From assembly GCA_964019335.1 (NCBI GenBank), contig OZ025753.1, positions 1 to 64,000 of the forward strand: a stretch of 64,000 bases of DNA, in the 5' to 3' direction. This DNA is from Diplonema japonicum (lineage: Eukaryota > Protista > Euglenozoa: Diplonemea). The notes below the pieces were generated by a model that made no database searches, had not been told where the DNA came from, and saw only the letters and a program-made list of their open reading frames with translations. The translations under genes were made by a program, and so were the position numbers. Below are positions 59,960-64,000 of this stretch, piece by piece. Position 1 is the stretch's first letter. The number at the start of each line of letters is the position of its first letter.

Positions 59960-61320
59960 CAAACCGCAGTACTCTAAGCAGCAAGTAGTCGTGTTCTTGA
60001 AATCTACCAGAGCTTGGTCCCCACTGCCCTTCACCTTCCTCGCTTTGCAATACTGTGGTGTGGGGGTGAGGTATTATTCTTTCAGATTCAAAATCCCGAT
60101 TTAAACTCAAAGTACAGGACAAGCCCTGCTGTCATATGGGGTCGATAAATTCCAAAAAAAACACATTCCCTTCCTAAAAAGAAAATAAGCCAAAGGAGGC
60201 TCAGATATGCCCTCTCCCTTCTTCTATTTCTTTTTTTATTTTGTCTCCACATACACAAGCAACGCCGATGGCAATCACGATGACAAGGGAAAGTGCCCCT
60301 ACAATAGCCACAATCTTCAATGTGTCACTACTGTTCTCACTGGGTGCTGGTGTTCCGTCCGGTACTGGTGTTGAGGGTCCTGATGTGGGTGGTGCTGTTG
60401 CAGGTGCCGACGTTGGTGGGGCTGTTGAGGGTACCGATGTGGGTGGTGCTGTTGAGGGTGCTAGCTTGCTAGTGGCATAAACTGTTGTTCCATGAAGCGC
60501 AATGGTTCCATAAGGGTAACTCGTGCCATTCACCTTGTACGCCCCCAAGACAGTGGGCTTAGATGGGTCGCTCACACTGACAGTTTGAATACCACCAACT
60601 TCCTTCTCCAGGAATGGCAAGTACACTGTCGTTCCTGACAGAGCAAGGAAGTTGCCGTCATTGATCAGAAGACTGCCCAGCTCTTGCGGGGAAGACGCAT
60701 CACGAACATCGTAGGTTTGCATGGTAAAGTTGCTTTGAACTTGTGTTGTAGTAGTGACAACAGCCATCGAACCAAATAGCTCAACACCTATCATGATATC
60801 CCTGCTGTAGCCACCCACAGGTTGAGGTGAAGAGGGATTGCTCACATCGAAGACCACCAGAGTATCAAACCCAGCAAAGACCTTCGTCCCAGACACAGAG
60901 AGGGTTGATACAGAAGTGAAAGTGCTGCTTCCCACTGGTACCGGTGTGAACGGGTCGCTGATGTCAACAACAATAAGACCAGGCCCGTCATCGTTGTAAG
61001 CCCCAACATAAGCTGTGTTCCCCGACACGGAGAGAGCTAAAAAGCGTGTGAGGGTAAAGGTCCCCATCTGCTTTGGGGCCGAACGTGAAGAGATGTCGAT
61101 GATAATGATGAACGTACCAGAAGCCACATAGAGATGAGACCCAAAAACACTGAGCGCGGTATAAGAGGATGTGCCCCCCTGCACAGTCAGTTTGCCCAAG
61201 GTCTGAGGAAGGCTCGGGATTGTCACGTCGTAGAGCTGCTTGAGAATACGCGAAGAGGGTCGTCCCAGCAACACAGTAAGCATTCCACTTTCTTTCACTG
61301 TCAAGCTTTGTCACCAAGCT
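59960..61320 (-). pseudogene. Inverted, 5'-truncated LVIVD paralogue E (B-type), with stalk, TM, 202-nt intron (60053-60254) and exon 2
   Basis: Nearly identical to 38897-39505, then continues through the part B lacks; frameshift at ~61237; exon 2 begins YCKARKVKGSGDQALVDF. Confidence 0.85.
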
Positions 61321-61935
61321 CTCCAGCCGCTTTGAGCACGACGTCGTGTTCGTACCGTCCCTTGCCGTTGCGCTTGAGGAGGACTGCCTTGTTCCCGTCC
61401 CAGGTCATCTTTTCTGCCTCCTCCACGTTGACCTCGGTCGCGATGGCTATGCCATCCTTTCCTGCCACCAGCTCTTCCCACTCTATGAAAGGTAGGTCGA
61501 ACTGTCCCTGCTCGAGGAGCCAGCATTTCTTTGCCTGCGGTTCCTTCCGTGGTGGCTTGCTGTTCGGTCCCCTCCATGCCTTCGCCTCTCCGTCTGAGGT
61601 TGGAATCCCGACCCGTGGCAGCTTGAACTGCTGCATAGCTTCTTCAGCACGTTCACGTTGAACGGCTCCGTGGCGTTGAGGTATGCCCGGCCGTCGAAGG
61701 CGACGTGGATGGGCTGCTTCTTGGACTTGGACTCTCCCACGATAGGGGAGACGATGAGGGCGCCGCCGTAATCAGGTGGATGTCGGTCTTCAGTGCGCGG
61801 GCGGTGGCTTGGATGGTAACCGGGTCCGCGGCGGTCCCCTCCCTGGCGTGCTGGGAGCAGTACAGGTCGCAGTCTCCGATGACACTCACCCGGTACTCCT
61901 CGCTTCCTCGCAGCTCTTGTATCATGCGGCGCCTA
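61321..61935 (-). mobile_element. Retroelement fragment with the C-terminal half of an OTU-like domain
   Basis: LYCSQHAREGTAADPVTIQATARALKTDIHLI..PIHVAFDGRAYLNA, then AKAWRGP and a downstream domain; frameshifted. Confidence 0.5.
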
Positions 61936-64000
61936 ACGTCGCTCCCCTTCTTTCGCGCGCATCACAGGTGCGGCGTGCCGCAGGAAATGCACCCCTAAAG
62001 ATCAATACCTTTCCGTCAACAACGAATAAAACAAACACTTATAAGAAGTATAGTCAGTCGCGCATATATAACTCCCACCCCTTCAACTACCGTGCAATCA
62101 ACAGGTCGCCCTCCAGAGAGGAAGTCATCCGCACCATCTGTGACGCCTATGGTGCGGGTGTCCGAAAGGCCCTCTTCGTACGTGATGTCGTACAAAACGG
62201 CAACGTGCTAAAGGTCCACCTGGAGATCGCCACCAGGGACACACATATTCCCTATGCACTCTTCACGCAGGCACTCCTACACCACCATGGAGTCCGTGCC
62301 TGTTTCACCGAAGGTGTAGCACCGACGCGTCCCGTCAAGACCTTACGGAAAACGCCTACTACTCCTCAACCGGCCCACCGGCCGAACCACCGGTCTGGCC
62401 CCCAGCCCGCTTATCGTCACGGATACCAACCTGCCTACGATAACCGCTGGGGCAAAGATCAAAACAGGTACGAGATCCGCAAGGACTTCTTCCTTAGCAC
62501 AATGGCAAAGGACCAAGTCAAGAAGTCGCGGGACATCTCCAAGCCTAGCCCGGTCAGCTGCAAACGAAACAACGGCAGCATTGACTGGGCCCTCTGGGAG
62601 TCTCTCAGCCAGGACGCAGCCGCCAAGTTCATGGCCAAGTACAGCCGCATCGTAAAGAACATGCGCCAAGGAAAGGCCCCCGAACAGGACGCAGCAGGTA
62701 TCATCTACCTCGCTGTCGACAAACACGGTGAACCTGTGTACGCAGGGCAGACGTTTAACACCTTACGTCGTCGTATGCAGGGCCACTGGAGCAGCGCCAG
62801 ATCGCACAGAGAGAACGCTGAAAGCAACGACACCCGCTTTCACAAGGCCCTCAGGGAAAACGGGGGCCCGTTATTCGCTTTCCCCGTCGAATCGATCAAC
62901 CCCAAGTTCTTCGACGACGCCAAGTCCTTCCGTCGTGTTGCGATCCCCAGGGAGAACCAGTACATCAATAGGCTGGCTTGCTCCCTTAACATGCGTGGTA
63001 GGTTTGCTAAGACGCAGACCCGTCGCCGCCGCAACACGAAACGTAAACCTAAGACGGTACGCGAGCAGCAACAGCAGCGACACCAACACCAGGGGCGCTC
63101 GAATGCCAAACAGGACCCCAGCAGCAACACTACTACGTCCCCTTCGAACCCCAACAACACCCCCACCAGATCTACCGCTCCCTCGATACGGCTGAACGAC
63201 GACGGGGAGCTGTCGATCCAGGCTACTGGGTCCAACTACAAGTCCCTGTGTATGAAGATCACCGCGATGTGTGCACACCCCGATGTGCTGAACTACGACT
63301 TCACTACCTGGGCCCCCAAGACCGTCTTCAGGTACCTGAACTTCCTGAGGCGTTACTTCGTCGGGAACTTCTTCACCGCCAAGATCGCGGCTATCGAACG
63401 AGGCCTCACCAACCGCCTCAGCCCTGCCCTCTTGAAAAAGGTGGTCCGCCGAGACGAAGGCTTCGTGTGGTTCAAAACGAGTTTTGACCACAAGGCCAAG
63501 GAGATGATCCTCTGGCGTAAGGTCTTCGAGGACAAGGAGGTAATTGCGGCATGCCCCAAGCCAGCCCTCCTTCGCAGAGTACACATGTGCAACAAGCTTG
63601 GTCAAACCCTCAAGGCCACAGTGTGCAATGTGACGAAGCTCAGCATCGAGACCCCGCGTCCAGAAGCGGCCGAGCCTACAACAAACTGCCCTTGCTCGAA
63701 GCGCAAGACCTCACACACACATGAGGGACACGCCTGCGGACTAGCAGCAGAGGTCATCGATGACGACGAAGTGAAGGAGGTTCTGAACAGAGGCATGAAG
63801 TTCCGCCTCTCAACACACGCCCTCCTCTCTTCCCAAAGTCTCGAGGAGGACATCAACGGGTTCATCACTCAGAACTTTCGGAGATCCCCTGCAGTGAAAA
63901 AGGATTCCTTCCGGAAGGTCCTCCTCGCTAAGGCACAGAACCTTCTCCACCCCCACACTCAGTCTCCGGTCTTCGACCCCTCAGTCCCGGAGTTCATCAA
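61936..64000 (+). mobile_element. Penelope-like element with N-terminal GIY-YIG endonuclease; ORF open to the window end (first in-frame ATG at 62502)
   Basis: Stop-free frame by manual translation; GIIYLAVDKHGEPVYAGQT..LRRRMQGHW..RENQYINRL..LN (62697-62990); CPC..GH..GMKFR; 63582-64000 is a close paralogue of 57348-57766. Confidence 0.85.

Overview
Eukaryotic, transposon-rich window, almost certainly from a diplonemid (Euglenozoa). The host call rests on three ~38-nt relics of the euglenozoan spliced leader, ~50-nt GT-AG introns and long A/T homopolymers. Host genes: (1) a 3-exon membrane receptor with a degenerate class III nucleotide-cyclase domain (6063-8741); (2) a divergent LVIVD-repeat type I membrane protein (22647-24620); (3) a frameshifted Ubl-ankyrin gene (26065-27281); (4) a cluster of seven paralogous LVIVD-repeat surface-protein genes (29-61 kb). 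Two of the seven look intact (signal peptide, beta-propeller, Pro/Thr stalk, TM, spliced cytoplasmic exon) and five are broken. Their frameworks are nearly identical, while short aromatic-rich loops are hypervariable and stalk length varies. Mobile elements: a TTAA-flanked piggyBac; a near-full-length LINE with an 11-bp TSD whose ORF1 and OTU-APE-RT ORF2 share one frame and are split by a single TGA; further LINEs of that group; an ingi/L1Tc-like LINE with a 2A-like NPGP peptide plus SINE derivatives; two Naiad/Chlamys-type Penelope-like elements (N-terminal GIY-YIG); DIRS-type fragments; pogo-type elements; and TSD-less long-hairpin elements. A tandem segmental duplication (~8.4 kb offset) covers about 39.5-57 kb. 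All calls come from reading motifs by eye; no database searches were run.
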